Shown here in pieces: positions 44,649 through 54,011 of a stretch of 64,000 nucleotides of DNA; the first letter of the stretch is position 1; every line of letters begins with the position of its first letter. The translations under genes were made by a program, and so were the position numbers. This DNA comes from Candidatus Harrisonbacteria bacterium (GTDB lineage Bacteria; Patescibacteriota; Minisyncoccia; UBA6257; 1-14-0-10-40-38): positions 719 to 64,718 of the forward strand of contig JAHFLD010000001.1 of NCBI GenBank assembly GCA_023245035.1, read 5' to 3'. Below the pieces are notes generated by a model that saw only the letters and a program-made list of their open reading frames with translations, did no database searches and was not told the DNA's origin.

Positions 44649-47075
44649 CTATTTGTAGATAATCACTTCTCGAGTAAAACGTCCGCCACTCTTATCATAA
44701 GCGTTGATTGTGAGCGTGTTTTGTGTGAGAGGCGAAGGAGGAGTAAAGAATAATTGGTAACGGGTATCGTCTGCCGCAAAAATGTTTCGAGTCGCGATAA
44801 GTACGCCGTTAAAGGCCACGTCAATTCGACTAAGCGCCAAAGGATCGGCCAACTCAATGGCAATCTCAAAAGGAGCTGAACCAATAAAAGCGCCCTGTGT
44901 TGGTTTGGTTAAAGTTATAAAATCCTTTTTCCGAGTCGTGACGAGTTGACTCTGGATTAGCGAAGCCGCGGGCGGAATTGGTTGGTTGTAAATCGACGCG
45001 GTTGAAGTTGAAAACCCCGGAATATTTCTACCGGCCCACAAAAGCACGCCCTCTTCCCAATGGCTAAATTGCGAATCCTCGGCCGGATCAACTGGAGAGA
45101 TATCAAGCGGATTCTTGGCGTGAATGTAGTAAAGAATAGAGTGAATCTGTGGATATTGTTTGACTCCATCGGAATAAACCGCGATCGAAGATCCGTTAAG
45201 CATCGGCTTTGGAATCGAAACCGGATCTGGCTTCTGGAAGGCCGCTGATTCGGTGCGGGGCAGGGCCGCCGCTAAAAACTGATGCCAGATTGGAACCGCC
45301 GCCAAAATACTCCCGCCTTTTTTCTGCATTGGTTGATTGTCGTTGTTTCCCGCCCAAACGCCGACCGCTAGTCGGGGAGTATAACCCAGCGCCCAAGCGT
45401 CACGGTAATCATTGGTCGTTCCAGTTTTGAGCGCGACCTCGTATCCGGAAAAAACGGTTTGAGCAAAGCTGTTTTGAAACAACGGCCTTCGCGCTTCCGG
45501 ATCGGATAAAATATCGTTAATCATTCTGGCATATTGAGGTTCAATTACCGTCGTGGAATTATCGCGGTATTTTTCCAAAACAGTTTCTCCATCCCGCACC
45601 TCAAGAATCATTGTTTGTTTATGAAAATTTCCATCCTGGGAGAAGACGGCATAGGCGTTGACCAACTCCGCCAACTTCACCTCGCCGCCGCCAAGAACCA
45701 AAGACAACCCGTATCGATTGCGATCATTGAGTGTTGTGATGCCGAATTTTTTAAGCGTGGCGAGCGTCTGATCGATCCCTGCTAAATATAAGGTTTTTAC
45801 CGACGAAACGTTGATTGACTGAGCCAAACTATCCCTCATTGTGATTGGTCCGCGAAAGGTATCGTCATAATTATGCGGGCGATAACTCCGCTCGGGATCG
45901 CCCGTGGTATCAAATTCCGTTTCCGCGTCAAAAAGAACGGTGTCCGATGGATAACCGCGCTCAAAAGCAGTCACATAAGCAAATGGTTTAATGGACGATC
46001 CCGGCTGGCGCAAACCTTGAGTCGCCACGTTAAAATTACCCTCATTCTCGGTGTCAAAATAATCCCGCGAGCCAACCATGGCCAGAACCTGCCCCGTAGT
46101 CGGGTCTTCGGCAACCAAGGCGGCGTTCTTTCCCTTGTAGAGTTCCTCATTTCGCGTGGCCCCCTCGGTTACCGCCTTCTCGGCAATTTGTTGCAGCTCC
46201 CAATCAAGCGTTGTCGTAACCCGAAGCCCAGCCGTTCTTACAAAATCTTCTCCATAAATACTGGCCAAGTAATCTTGAACCGCGATAACAAAATGAGGAG
46301 CCTTAATCCCCGTAAGTTGCGGCACAAAGTTCAGCGACTGTTTTTGCGCGACGTCTCGAGCCGAAGCTGTAATAAAACCCTCCCGGTACATCCGCTCTAG
46401 TGCCAAATTTTTGCGTGCCAAAAGTTCGTCTAGATGTCCGCCCCATGGCGAATAACGAGTTGGGGCCTTAGCGACCGCGGCCAACGTTGCCGCCTCTGGC
46501 AAAGAAAGGTCTTTGGCTGATTTTCCAAAAAAAGCCTGGCTTGCCGCCTCGGCGCCATATGCGTTCGCGCCATAGGGAATGTAATTCAGATATAAATTTA
46601 AAATTTCATCCTTGGTAAAACGCCTCTCCAATTGAAAGGCCAGCAAGAGCTCCTTAATCTTACGGGTTAAGGTTCTCTCCGGGCTAAGAAAGGCGTTTTT
46701 GGCCAACTGCTGGGTTATGGTGGAGCCACCCTGTACTGCGCCGCGGTTCCGAATATCAACCCAAAAAGCGCGCAACAAGGATTTTGGCTCAAACGCGGCG
46801 TGCGTATAAAAATTCGCGTCCTCTAGCGCAATCGTTGCTTGTTTCAAAAAAAGCGGAATCGAATCAAACGGAATAGTCGTCCTCTTTTCTTCGCCGTGAA
46901 TTTCATAAAGCAGCACATTTCCGGTCCGGTCATAAATCTTAGTTGACTGGGGAATGCGCTGGGCGGCAATAAGTTGGGGAGAGGGCAACGACCGGGCGAT
47001 ATAAAAAACCAATAAAATCCCGGCCAAACCAACGGCCAGCGCCAAAAAAAAGAACCAGGCAAAAAACCTTTTCAT
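44649..47075 (-). CDS. Class A penicillin-binding protein (bifunctional transglycosylase/transpeptidase).
   Basis: N-terminal transmembrane anchor, GT51 motifs (EDANFYTH, GGSTITQQLAKN), and transpeptidase SxxK/SxN/KTG-type motifs. Confidence 0.85.
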   Translation of the reverse strand: MKRFFAWFFFLALAVGLAGILLVFYIARSLPSPQLIAAQRIPQSTKIYDRTGNVLLYEIHGEEKRTTIPFDSIPLFLKQATIALEDANFYTHAAFEPKSLLRAFWVDIRNRGAVQGGSTITQQLAKNAFLSPERTLTRKIKELLLAFQLERRFTKDEILNLYLNYIPYGANAYGAEAASQAFFGKSAKDLSLPEAATLAAVAKAPTRYSPWGGHLDELLARKNLALERMYREGFITASARDVAQKQSLNFVPQLTGIKAPHFVIAVQDYLASIYGEDFVRTAGLRVTTTLDWELQQIAEKAVTEGATRNEELYKGKNAALVAEDPTTGQVLAMVGSRDYFDTENEGNFNVATQGLRQPGSSIKPFAYVTAFERGYPSDTVLFDAETEFDTTGDPERSYRPHNYDDTFRGPITMRDSLAQSINVSSVKTLYLAGIDQTLATLKKFGITTLNDRNRYGLSLVLGGGEVKLAELVNAYAVFSQDGNFHKQTMILEVRDGETVLEKYRDNSTTVIEPQYARMINDILSDPEARRPLFQNSFAQTVFSGYEVALKTGTTNDYRDAWALGYTPRLAVGVWAGNNDNQPMQKKGGSILAAVPIWHQFLAAALPRTESAAFQKPDPVSIPKPMLNGSSIAVYSDGVKQYPQIHSILYYIHAKNPLDISPVDPAEDSQFSHWEEGVLLWAGRNIPGFSTSTASIYNQPIPPAASLIQSQLVTTRKKDFITLTKPTQGAFIGSAPFEIAIELADPLALSRIDVAFNGVLIATRNIFAADDTRYQLFFTPPSPLTQNTLTINAYDKSGGRFTREVIIYK

Positions 47076-47176
47076 GTCTTGCCATTATAAAGGAAGCGGG
47101 GTCTAAAATCAAAAATCCGCCACTCTTCTCTGTGAAGGCGGCGGATTTTCACTCACAACTAAAATCAAAACCAAGT

Positions 47177-47386
47177 TTAGTAATCTACCTCGCCGCCCAT
47201 CTCGTCGGCGTCGGTCTCAATCGCTTCTTCGTCTAAATCCTTTTCTATCAAATCGGAATCCTCATCCCCGTCTTTGTTTTCGTCCAGCAAAGCATCGTCA
47301 TCGTTAAACTCATCGGACTTTTCTTTGTCGTTACCATGACGGGCTTTTTTCTTTTGCAAAAGACGAAGCAAATCAGTGCGTTTCAT
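47177..47386 (-). CDS. Small hypothetical acidic protein.
   Basis: 69 aa, very Asp/Glu-rich; ORF only. Confidence 0.25.
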   Translation of the reverse strand: MKRTDLLRLLQKKKARHGNDKEKSDEFNDDDALLDENKDGDEDSDLIEKDLDEEAIETDADEMGGEVDY

Positions 47387-47554
47387 CGTGCAAATGTGCT
47401 AAAAAAAGTTTGGCGACCTTTTTGATAGCCGCCATTATAGCACGGTGCCTTTGGCTGTCAAAAGATAAAGCCCACAGCGAATTTACCAGCCGATCAAAAC
47501 CGCCGAGTTCCATCTTTTGCCGCTGGTTAAACCGGTAATTTATAATTAAAAGAA

Positions 47555-48037
47555 TTACTCGGCAGCACCCCTGCGGTGCAGATAATAGGTGGCGATCGCG
47601 ATTGCCAGAGCATCCGAGGCGTCATCGTGCCCCTTAAGCGCCGGAACGCCCAATAACAAGGCGACCATTTTGGCGACGCCTCGCTTATCAGTTCGGCCAA
47701 AATTAGCCACCGCCTGCTTAATTTCAATCGGACGATATTCAAATACCGGAATTTCGGCCCGCATCATTTCAAGCAACAACACTCCGCGCGCCTCGGCAAC
47801 CGAGAGCGCCGTCTTTTGATTTTTAGCAAAAAAAAGCTGTTCAATACCGGCGATATCCGGAGTCATCTTAATCAAAAGATTATGGAAGCTGTTGCCGAGC
47901 GTGAGAAGTCTGGCCTGTTGAGTCTTGTCCTTGATCTCCAAAGTCCCATAATCAAGAAGGCGCAGAGCGCCTTCTTGATGCTCAATAAGCCCCCAACCGA
48001 TTCGGGTTGTTCCCGGATCAACGCCAAGAATTTTCAT
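47555..48037 (-). CDS. ruvC: Crossover junction endodeoxyribonuclease RuvC.
   Basis: MKILGVDPGTTRIGWGL N-terminus and conserved acidic catalytic residues. Confidence 0.88.
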   Translation of the reverse strand: MKILGVDPGTTRIGWGLIEHQEGALRLLDYGTLEIKDKTQQARLLTLGNSFHNLLIKMTPDIAGIEQLFFAKNQKTALSVAEARGVLLLEMMRAEIPVFEYRPIEIKQAVANFGRTDKRGVAKMVALLLGVPALKGHDDASDALAIAIATYYLHRRGAAE

Positions 48038-48038
48038 T

Positions 48039-48587
48039 TTATCTGGTTGGCCACGAGGCGACGTTCGTGGTTACGCGCTCTACATCCGGGTTATCCTCCA
48101 AAAATTCCACTAAGCGGATTAAGTTTGCCATCGTCTCCGAACTTACATCCTGGGCAAATCGAGGAGTCCACCTCGGCTGTTCGGCGCTTGGCGAATTAAA
48201 GGCCCACGCGGCGCTCCCTTGATCGGCTATTCTGGCGCCAGCGTCTTTGAGTATTTGCTTGACCTCGCCGATGGTTCGGTTGCGGTTGTCGGTAATGCAT
48301 TCAATAATCAATGCCGACTTCTCCGGTCCGTAGGCCTCCAGTGTAATCTCCTCCAAAGAATCGGTCGCCGCCGACTTGGTAAGCGCCCGTTCAATGTTGT
48401 CTTGGGGCACGTTGGCCGCCCGAGCTGTTTCTATAGCCGTGCGCAAGCGGGGATTAAACGCCGGGTTTGCTTGTTCCCGAGCCGCGACTGCAATCGCCTT
48501 TAATAGTTTAGAAAAAAGCGTCCCACGCTTTTTATCCGTCGCCTCTTTTTTGTGCTTAATCTGGTGCCACTTGGAATGTCCCGACAT
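48039..48587 (-). CDS. yebC: YebC/PmpR-family protein, shortened to about 182 aa.
   Basis: MSGHSKWHQIKHKK N-terminus and (L)EAYGPEKSALIIECITDNRNRT. The upstream in-frame extension to 48833 is rejected because a terminator and a separate gene occupy it. Confidence 0.65.
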   Translation of the reverse strand: MSGHSKWHQIKHKKEATDKKRGTLFSKLLKAIAVAAREQANPAFNPRLRTAIETARAANVPQDNIERALTKSAATDSLEEITLEAYGPEKSALIIECITDNRNRTIGEVKQILKDAGARIADQGSAAWAFNSPSAEQPRWTPRFAQDVSSETMANLIRLVEFLEDNPDVERVTTNVASWPTR

Positions 48588-48620
48588 GGCCCCACTATAC
48601 AAAAACACCCAACTTCGGGC

Positions 48621-48654
48621 AAGAAAAAGCCCCGCTTGCTTATAGCAAGCGGGG
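48621..48654 (-). terminator. Rho-independent terminator of the lipoprotein gene.
   Basis: Minus strand: GCCCCGCTTGC-tataa-GCAAGCGGGGC followed by TTTTTCTT. Confidence 0.7.
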
Positions 48655-48666
48655 CTAATGTTTCGG

Positions 48667-49014
48667 TCACCGCAAGTCCTCGGAGCCGACTTGCCAAACT
48701 TCGCTTCGCCGATCGTAGCCCGACACGTAGAATCGGCGAGCGGCACTGCCGAACGAACCGGGGTTTCCCCCGCCGCGCGCCAGAACCGTGATTGAAGCCT
48801 CGGCGTAGTCGCCCGACCAGTTGTGAAAACCAACTCGAGCGTATTCTCCGGGCGGAATCACGCCCTTGGAAGTTCCGTCGACCAACAGCTCCAATTCAAA
48901 CTGGGTTCCGTTGACTACGGTAACGCGTGTCTTGTTCCATGGAATGTTGGTCTCCACGCTCACGCATCCCGTAAACGCGAAGCACGAAAGCGCCGCCAAA
49001 AACAGCCATCTCAT
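48667..49014 (-). CDS. Putative lipoprotein of unknown function.
   Basis: Signal peptide with a lipobox-like AFTGC motif; 115 aa. Its own terminator lies downstream. Confidence 0.5.
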   Translation of the reverse strand: MRWLFLAALSCFAFTGCVSVETNIPWNKTRVTVVNGTQFELELLVDGTSKGVIPPGEYARVGFHNWSGDYAEASITVLARGGGNPGSFGSAARRFYVSGYDRRSEVWQVGSEDLR

Positions 49015-49185
49015 TGGAGCTCCTTGGGTTGTATTTTAAAAGAGCATCAAAATCATAGCAAATCAAATAGAATTTGTCAAGAGAACACCCGGAAACCCTT
49101 TATAACCCAAAGCCAAACTCGGCCAGATCCCTTGCGCTCCCTTGTTGATCCAAAATAACTCGGTTACCATTAAGGCACAATCTAA

Positions 49186-50859
49186 ATGCACCCCAACGCT
49201 CCATTAAAATTGAGCGACACTCTGATTAAGGCGCGGCAGGCGGGCGAAGAGCGCGAAGCCGAACGCCGCGCGAAAGAACTGGGCCTGCCCTATGTGAACC
49301 TAAACATCTCTCCATTAGAGGTGGAGGCGCTAGCGCTTATTCCCGAGGCGCGGTCTCGCGATCTGCAAGTGGCGATATTTGAAGCCAACGAAAGCCGTGC
49401 CGCGCTGGCCGCCGCCAAACCCGGCGACTCCCGCGTCTTGGAATTAATCCGGGAGTTGGAAAAACAAAACCGAAAAGTAGTTGTTTGCGTCGCCTCCCTT
49501 CGTGGCTTGAATCACGCTTGGGAGTCCTATCGTTTCGCCACCAAGCCAACCAAAGAAATCACCGGCCGGGTGGCCATCGAAAAAGAGCGCGTTCAAGAAC
49601 TGCGGACAAAACTGGTTGGTCTCCCGCAAATCGAAGCGGCGCTTCAAAAATTTGATTATCAAGAAGGATCAGTCACTGAATTTTTAGAAGTCACCCTCGC
49701 CGGAGCGCTGGCCAATCGCGCCTCGGATATTCACTTTGAACCCGAAGAAAAGGGCGTCAAACTCCGCTATCGCATTGATGGCATCCTGCACGACGTCGCC
49801 AAATCAATGCCGGTATTTTTCTATCGCAAAACAACTTCGCGCCTCAAACTCCTCTCCGGAATCAAACTCAACATTCAAAACCACCCGCAAGACGGCAGGT
49901 TTACCATCGAACTGCCGGAGAAGGCGATTGAGATTCGTGTCGCCATGGCACCGGCCGAATATGGCGAAATTATCGTCCTTCGCATTCTTGATCCCGACTC
50001 AATTTTGAGTCTGACCGATCTTGGCATTCGTGAAGATGATTTGGCTCTGATTCAAATCGAACTGGATCGTCCCCACGGCATGATTCTCAACACCGGCCCG
50101 ACCGGCTCCGGCAAAACCACCACTCTCTATGCTTTTCTTAGTGCCAAAAAAACACCCGAGATCAAAATCGTCACCATTGAAGATCCGATTGAATATCACC
50201 TTGAAGGTATTGAACAAACACAGGTAGACGAAGAAGGTGGCTACAGTTTTGCCAACGGCTTGCGTTCCATTTTGCGTCAGGATCCCGACTCAATTCTCGT
50301 TGGCGAAATTCGCGATCAGGAGACGGCGGAGATCGCCCTGCAAGCGGCGCTCACCGGACATCTTGTTTTTTCTACGATTCACGCCAACGAAGCCGCCGGC
50401 GCCATTCCGCGCTTGCTTGATTTGGGAGTTAAACCAACCAGTATCGGTCCCGGAATGAATCTGATTATTAGCCAACGCCTGGTTCGCCGGCTTTGCGAGC
50501 AATGCAAAAAACCGATGTCGCTTGACGCTCGGCAGTTAAAAAGGTTCGCGGATTTTGTCGGGCAGTTGCCCGAGAGGGTCGCCAAAGCCAACTATGCCGA
50601 AATCAAACTTTGGCGTCCGGAGGGTTGCGAAGCCTGCGGCAATCTCGGATTCAAAGGTCGCGTCGGAATTTATGAAATTTTGGTAACCGACGAAGCGCTG
50701 GAACCATTAATTTTAAGCAAAGCCGGAGAAACCGAACTTGCGCGCTATGCCGAGAAGCGTGGTATGGTAACCATGCAGGCCGACGGAGTGCTCAAGGCCT
50801 TGCGCGGCATAACAACCGTTGATGAGGTTATTCGGGAAACCGGACAACTATTGTGGTAG
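49186..50859 (+). CDS. pilB: Type II/IV secretion ATPase (PilB/GspE family; type IV pilus assembly ATPase).
   Basis: N-terminal MshEN-like region, Walker A ILNTGPTGSGKTTTL, Asp and His boxes, and a C-terminal CxxC pair. Confidence 0.85.
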   Translation: MHPNAPLKLSDTLIKARQAGEEREAERRAKELGLPYVNLNISPLEVEALALIPEARSRDLQVAIFEANESRAALAAAKPGDSRVLELIRELEKQNRKVVVCVASLRGLNHAWESYRFATKPTKEITGRVAIEKERVQELRTKLVGLPQIEAALQKFDYQEGSVTEFLEVTLAGALANRASDIHFEPEEKGVKLRYRIDGILHDVAKSMPVFFYRKTTSRLKLLSGIKLNIQNHPQDGRFTIELPEKAIEIRVAMAPAEYGEIIVLRILDPDSILSLTDLGIREDDLALIQIELDRPHGMILNTGPTGSGKTTTLYAFLSAKKTPEIKIVTIEDPIEYHLEGIEQTQVDEEGGYSFANGLRSILRQDPDSILVGEIRDQETAEIALQAALTGHLVFSTIHANEAAGAIPRLLDLGVKPTSIGPGMNLIISQRLVRRLCEQCKKPMSLDARQLKRFADFVGQLPERVAKANYAEIKLWRPEGCEACGNLGFKGRVGIYEILVTDEALEPLILSKAGETELARYAEKRGMVTMQADGVLKALRGITTVDEVIRETGQLLW

Positions 50860-50870
50860 AAGTTAAAAAC

Positions 50871-50993
50871 CTTGATCTGTGGGCATTGAGTTCTTTCATG
50901 TGATATAAAAGAGATTAGAATTTTTCCGAGGCGTGACCCAGCCGGAGCCAAGCCAGCCGAACTGGGAAAAATTCCGAGTGCCCACAGGTCAAG
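50871..50993. repeat. 123-bp segment bounded by 15-bp inverted repeats with a nested inner 10-bp inverted repeat (structured intergenic element).
   Basis: CTTGATCTGTGGGCA (50871-50885) versus TGCCCACAGGTCAAG (50979-50993), 1 mismatch. Inner pair GAATTTTTCC / GGAAAAATTC. Confidence 0.45.
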
Positions 50994-51072
50994 ACTTTTA
51001 ACGGCTTTACATTTAAATGCAATCGCCATTGTATTGTCAATCGCCAGCAGAGTCTAGCATATAGAAACCTAT

Positions 51073-52104
51073 TTGTCAATAGACCTAAAGCTTATGGAAA
51101 AATCCACGGCCAAGACCCCTCTCACCGCCAAAAACGAGCCGATTGATTTAATCCTACGCCCTAAAGCTTGGAGGGAGTACGTTGGCCAAGAAAAGATTAA
51201 ACGGCATCTGCTGATTATGCTGGAGGCCGCCAAAAAACGAGGCGAAACCTGCGATCATCTCTTGTTTTATGGTCAAGCCGGTTTGGGCAAGACCACCTTG
51301 GCTCACTTGGTGGCCGAACAATTAGGCGCCAAACTCAAGGTAACCGCCGGTCCGGCGCTCGAAAAAATGGCCGACTTGGCTGGAGTGCTCACCAACCTTG
51401 AAAAGGGTGACATCCTCTTCATTGACGAGATTCATCGCCTGAATCGGATGATTGAAGAAGTTCTTTATCCAGCCATGGAGAGTCGCAAACTAAACATCGT
51501 AGTTGGCAAAGGCCCCGGCGCTCGAACCCTCTCTCTGGATCTTCCGGCTTTTACCATTGTCGGCGCGACTACCAGGGCCAATCTGATCTCCGCCCCGCTT
51601 CGCTCTCGGTTTGGTGCCTCGTTTCGCTTGGATTATTATGAGACTCCGGATATTGAAGCTATTATTAATCGCTCGGCCGGCCTGCTCGGCCTCAAGATTG
51701 TTCCCGAAGGTGCCGCCATGCTTGCGCGGGCATCGCGCGCCACCCCCCGCGTGGCCAACCGGCTTTTAAAGCGGCTGCGAGATTACATGGAGGTTCACTC
51801 CATTGATTGCGCCGATCCGGCTACCGTCAAAAAAACCCTGGATCTGTTGGAGATTGATGAGCGCGGCCTGGAGCTCCACGATCGCTTGTTGCTAGAAACC
51901 ATTATCAATAAATTCAAAGGCGGTCCGGTGGGTGTCGCCACGCTCGCCGCCGCGCTCAACGACGATCGCGGAATCGTTGAGGATGTCTATGAACCCTATC
52001 TCTTGAGTATCGGATTTTTAAAGCGAACCCAATCCGGACGAGTCGCCACCGAAGCCGCCTATGAACACCTCGGCCACGATCTCTACGAAAAGCGCTCCGT
52101 TTAA
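51073..52104 (+). CDS. ruvB: Holliday junction branch-migration ATPase RuvB.
   Basis: Walker A GQAGLGKTTLA, Walker B ILFIDEIHRL, sensor and arginine-finger regions, and a winged-helix C-terminus. Confidence 0.9.
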   Translation: MSIDLKLMEKSTAKTPLTAKNEPIDLILRPKAWREYVGQEKIKRHLLIMLEAAKKRGETCDHLLFYGQAGLGKTTLAHLVAEQLGAKLKVTAGPALEKMADLAGVLTNLEKGDILFIDEIHRLNRMIEEVLYPAMESRKLNIVVGKGPGARTLSLDLPAFTIVGATTRANLISAPLRSRFGASFRLDYYETPDIEAIINRSAGLLGLKIVPEGAAMLARASRATPRVANRLLKRLRDYMEVHSIDCADPATVKKTLDLLEIDERGLELHDRLLLETIINKFKGGPVGVATLAAALNDDRGIVEDVYEPYLLSIGFLKRTQSGRVATEAAYEHLGHDLYEKRSV

Positions 52105-52316
52105 TACACAAAAACCTTGGCTGACTAAAGTTGCGCGTGGGGCGACCAAAAAGGAAATTTTATTCGAAAACCCCGCCGACTTCGCCTCGCTTCCCAACGC
52201 TTCGGATGGCAACCCTATTCCGACTTTGGTGGCTATGGTACTCAGTGTTGGTGTTATAACTTGGATCGTTACCTGGTCTCTGAAAAATCTTTTCGCCTCC
52301 AAAAAAAATTCGCCAC

Positions 52317-52748
52317 ATGAACCAGAAGATCATCCATTCTGAAAGCATTGCCGAAACCAAGGCCTTTGGCGCCTCCTGCGCCCGTAGCGCTCAAAGAATT
52401 TGGGCGCTCACCGGCAACTTGGGTGCCGGCAAAACAACCTTTGCCCAAGGTTTTATCGCCGAGCATGGAATTGCCTCTCCGGTTTTGAGCCCAACCTTCA
52501 CCATCTTTCGAGTGTATCCTTTACCCCAGGGACGGAGGTTGTATCATGTAGACCTCTATCGGCTCGAATCTGAATCCGAGCTAATCAACCTCGGACTCAA
52601 GGATATTTTGAGCGACCAGCGCAACATCGTTTTGATTGAGTGGGCCGAAAAGGCGCTCCACCTAATTCCCAGGGAAGCTATTTGGCTTACTTTCGAGCAC
52701 GAACTGCCACACGGCCAAGTTCGCATCACCCAAAGCGGGGTGCTATAA
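52317..52748 (+). CDS. tsaE: tRNA threonylcarbamoyladenosine biosynthesis protein TsaE.
   Basis: P-loop LTGNLGAGKTTF(A/V)(Q/R)G in a protein of about 143 aa. Confidence 0.8.
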   Translation: MNQKIIHSESIAETKAFGASCARSAQRIWALTGNLGAGKTTFAQGFIAEHGIASPVLSPTFTIFRVYPLPQGRRLYHVDLYRLESESELINLGLKDILSDQRNIVLIEWAEKALHLIPREAIWLTFEHELPHGQVRITQSGVL

Positions 52749-52845
52749 TCGCCCCAAGTGCCGGCATTAGATGTGGCGGATTAAGAAAAACTTGATTGTC
52801 GACCGGTAAAAAAATCGGTCAGAAGAAATTTTACTCCCTTAGTGC

Positions 52846-53439
52846 ATGGAACCAGTCTCAAGCGAAACAAGTCAAAACCCAATCAAAAAACCGCTGGCTC
52901 GGATTATTTCTGCCGGAATTATTATTTTTCGCCACACCCCCGAAGGCCCGAAGTTTCTCTTGCTCTATCATGGCCGCAACTACTGGAATTTCCCCAAGGG
53001 TAAGTTGGAGCTTGATGAGCGCAGTTTTGACGCCGCGCTTCGGGAGGTTGAAGAAGAGACCGGTATCAAAAAAAGCCAATTGCGCATCGTTGGTGATTTT
53101 AAAACCCAAGAAAGATTCATCTTTCAGCGCGGCGCGGAAAAGATGCTCAAGATCGTCATTTTGTATCTCGCCGAAACCAACACAACCACGGTGGTTGTCT
53201 CCCACGAGCACGAAGGTTATGCTTGGTTCACTTACGCCGGGGCGAGGCGAGTCCTTGTTAAATACAAAGACAGCACTCGAATTTTAAAAAACGCCTATGA
53301 ATTTATTCACAAGGGCCGTGTACCGGGTGGTCGCCCACATCCCCAAAGGCAGCGTTCTAACCTACCGCGAAGTGGCGCGGAAAGCCGGACGCCCCCAAGC
53401 CTATCGAGCGGTGGGCAACATCCTGAACCAAAATCCTAG
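52846..53439 (+). CDS. Nudix hydrolase.
   Basis: Nudix box GKLELDERSFDAALREVEEETGI. The C-terminal about 45 codons overlap the next gene in another frame. Confidence 0.7.
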   Translation: MEPVSSETSQNPIKKPLARIISAGIIIFRHTPEGPKFLLLYHGRNYWNFPKGKLELDERSFDAALREVEEETGIKKSQLRIVGDFKTQERFIFQRGAEKMLKIVILYLAETNTTTVVVSHEHEGYAWFTYAGARRVLVKYKDSTRILKNAYEFIHKGRVPGGRPHPQRQRSNLPRSGAESRTPPSLSSGGQHPEPKS

Positions 53440-53566
53440 TCCGGAGAAAGTTCCCTGCCATCGCGTCATTCGCTCCGACGGCAAAATCGGCGGCTACGCC
53501 TGGGGATCGGCCAAAAAGAAAAAACTTTTAGCCGCCGAACGACGCTCCATAATTAATGCCCAATAA
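53297..53566 (+). CDS. ogt: Methylated-DNA-protein-cysteine methyltransferase domain protein (minimal 89-aa Ogt/MGMT C-terminal domain).
   Basis: TYREVA...PCHRVI active-site motif. Overlaps the Nudix ORF by 143 nt in the +1 frame. Confidence 0.6.
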   Translation: MNLFTRAVYRVVAHIPKGSVLTYREVARKAGRPQAYRAVGNILNQNPSPEKVPCHRVIRSDGKIGGYAWGSAKKKKLLAAERRSIINAQ

Positions 53567-53590
53567 AAATCCCTCTCTAGAGAGGGATTT
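53567..53590. terminator. Perfect 24-nt palindrome AAATCCCTCTCTAGAGAGGGATTT (hairpin terminator).
   Basis: Perfect inverted repeat immediately after the ogt stop. On the minus strand it is followed by TTTTTATT. Confidence 0.55.
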
Positions 53591-54002
53591 GCTCAAAATC
53601 CAAAAGGCGGCGAATGGCCGGAATCCAAAGCAAGAACTGAATCGTGGCCAAAGGGATTCCGTCTTTAACATTGTCAAGCGCAAACCCGACAACGTGGCGC
53701 TGAACCGGGTGGCGCAGAAGACGAACGGGTTGGCAAGTCGTATCATTGCCCCGCAAAGTCTCTTCTATTGGGTCGCAATCTTCCAGAATCATTTGCAGGC
53801 GATCCTTTTTTTGGAGATAGCAAAGCCTGGGCTTAAAAGAATTCTCTCGCGTTGGCACCGAAATTTCCCGGTCCTTTTTTTCGTCTGGCGGTAGATCCAC
53901 TGGTAACTCCCAAGCGAATATGAACTTCAAGGTACAACCGAAAACAGACCTAAAGCTAACACAAAAAAATCCCCGCGGGAAGGGGGATTTTTTTGCAAAC
54001 AC
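53577..54002 (-). CDS. Questionable hypothetical ORF (141 aa, GTG start) lying between two terminator hairpins.
   Basis: ORF only. Its first codons coincide with the rplT terminator hairpin and its last with the 53567-53590 palindrome. A competing plus-strand ORF (53556-53894) is equally unsupported. Confidence 0.2.
   Translation of the reverse strand: MFAKKSPFPRGFFCVSFRSVFGCTLKFIFAWELPVDLPPDEKKDREISVPTRENSFKPRLCYLQKKDRLQMILEDCDPIEETLRGNDTTCQPVRLLRHPVQRHVVGFALDNVKDGIPLATIQFLLWIPAIRRLLDFEQIPL
53963..53996 (-). terminator. Rho-independent terminator of the infC-rpmI-rplT operon.
   Basis: AAAAAAATCCCC-gcgggaag-GGGGATTTTTTT. On the minus strand the hairpin is followed by a U7 tract about 15 nt after the rplT stop. 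Confidence 0.75.
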
Positions 54003-54011
54003 CCAATAAGT

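Noticed and set aside
44649-47075. Intein or insertion in the 808-aa PBP, and also in the 827-aa NrdJ.
   Set aside because: Their lengths are normal for these families and no intein block motifs are seen.
52061-52342. ORF of 93 aa between ruvB and tsaE.
   Set aside because: Most of it overlaps the ruvB 3' end. Only a possible 36-aa hydrophobic peptide from an internal ATG (about 52235) would remain, with no supporting signals.
53556-53894. Plus-strand ORF of 112 aa encoding a basic protein, starting inside ogt.
   Set aside because: Its first 12 codons are encoded by the perfect palindromic terminator, and it has no RBS. Kept as unresolved; the competing minus ORF is listed at low confidence.
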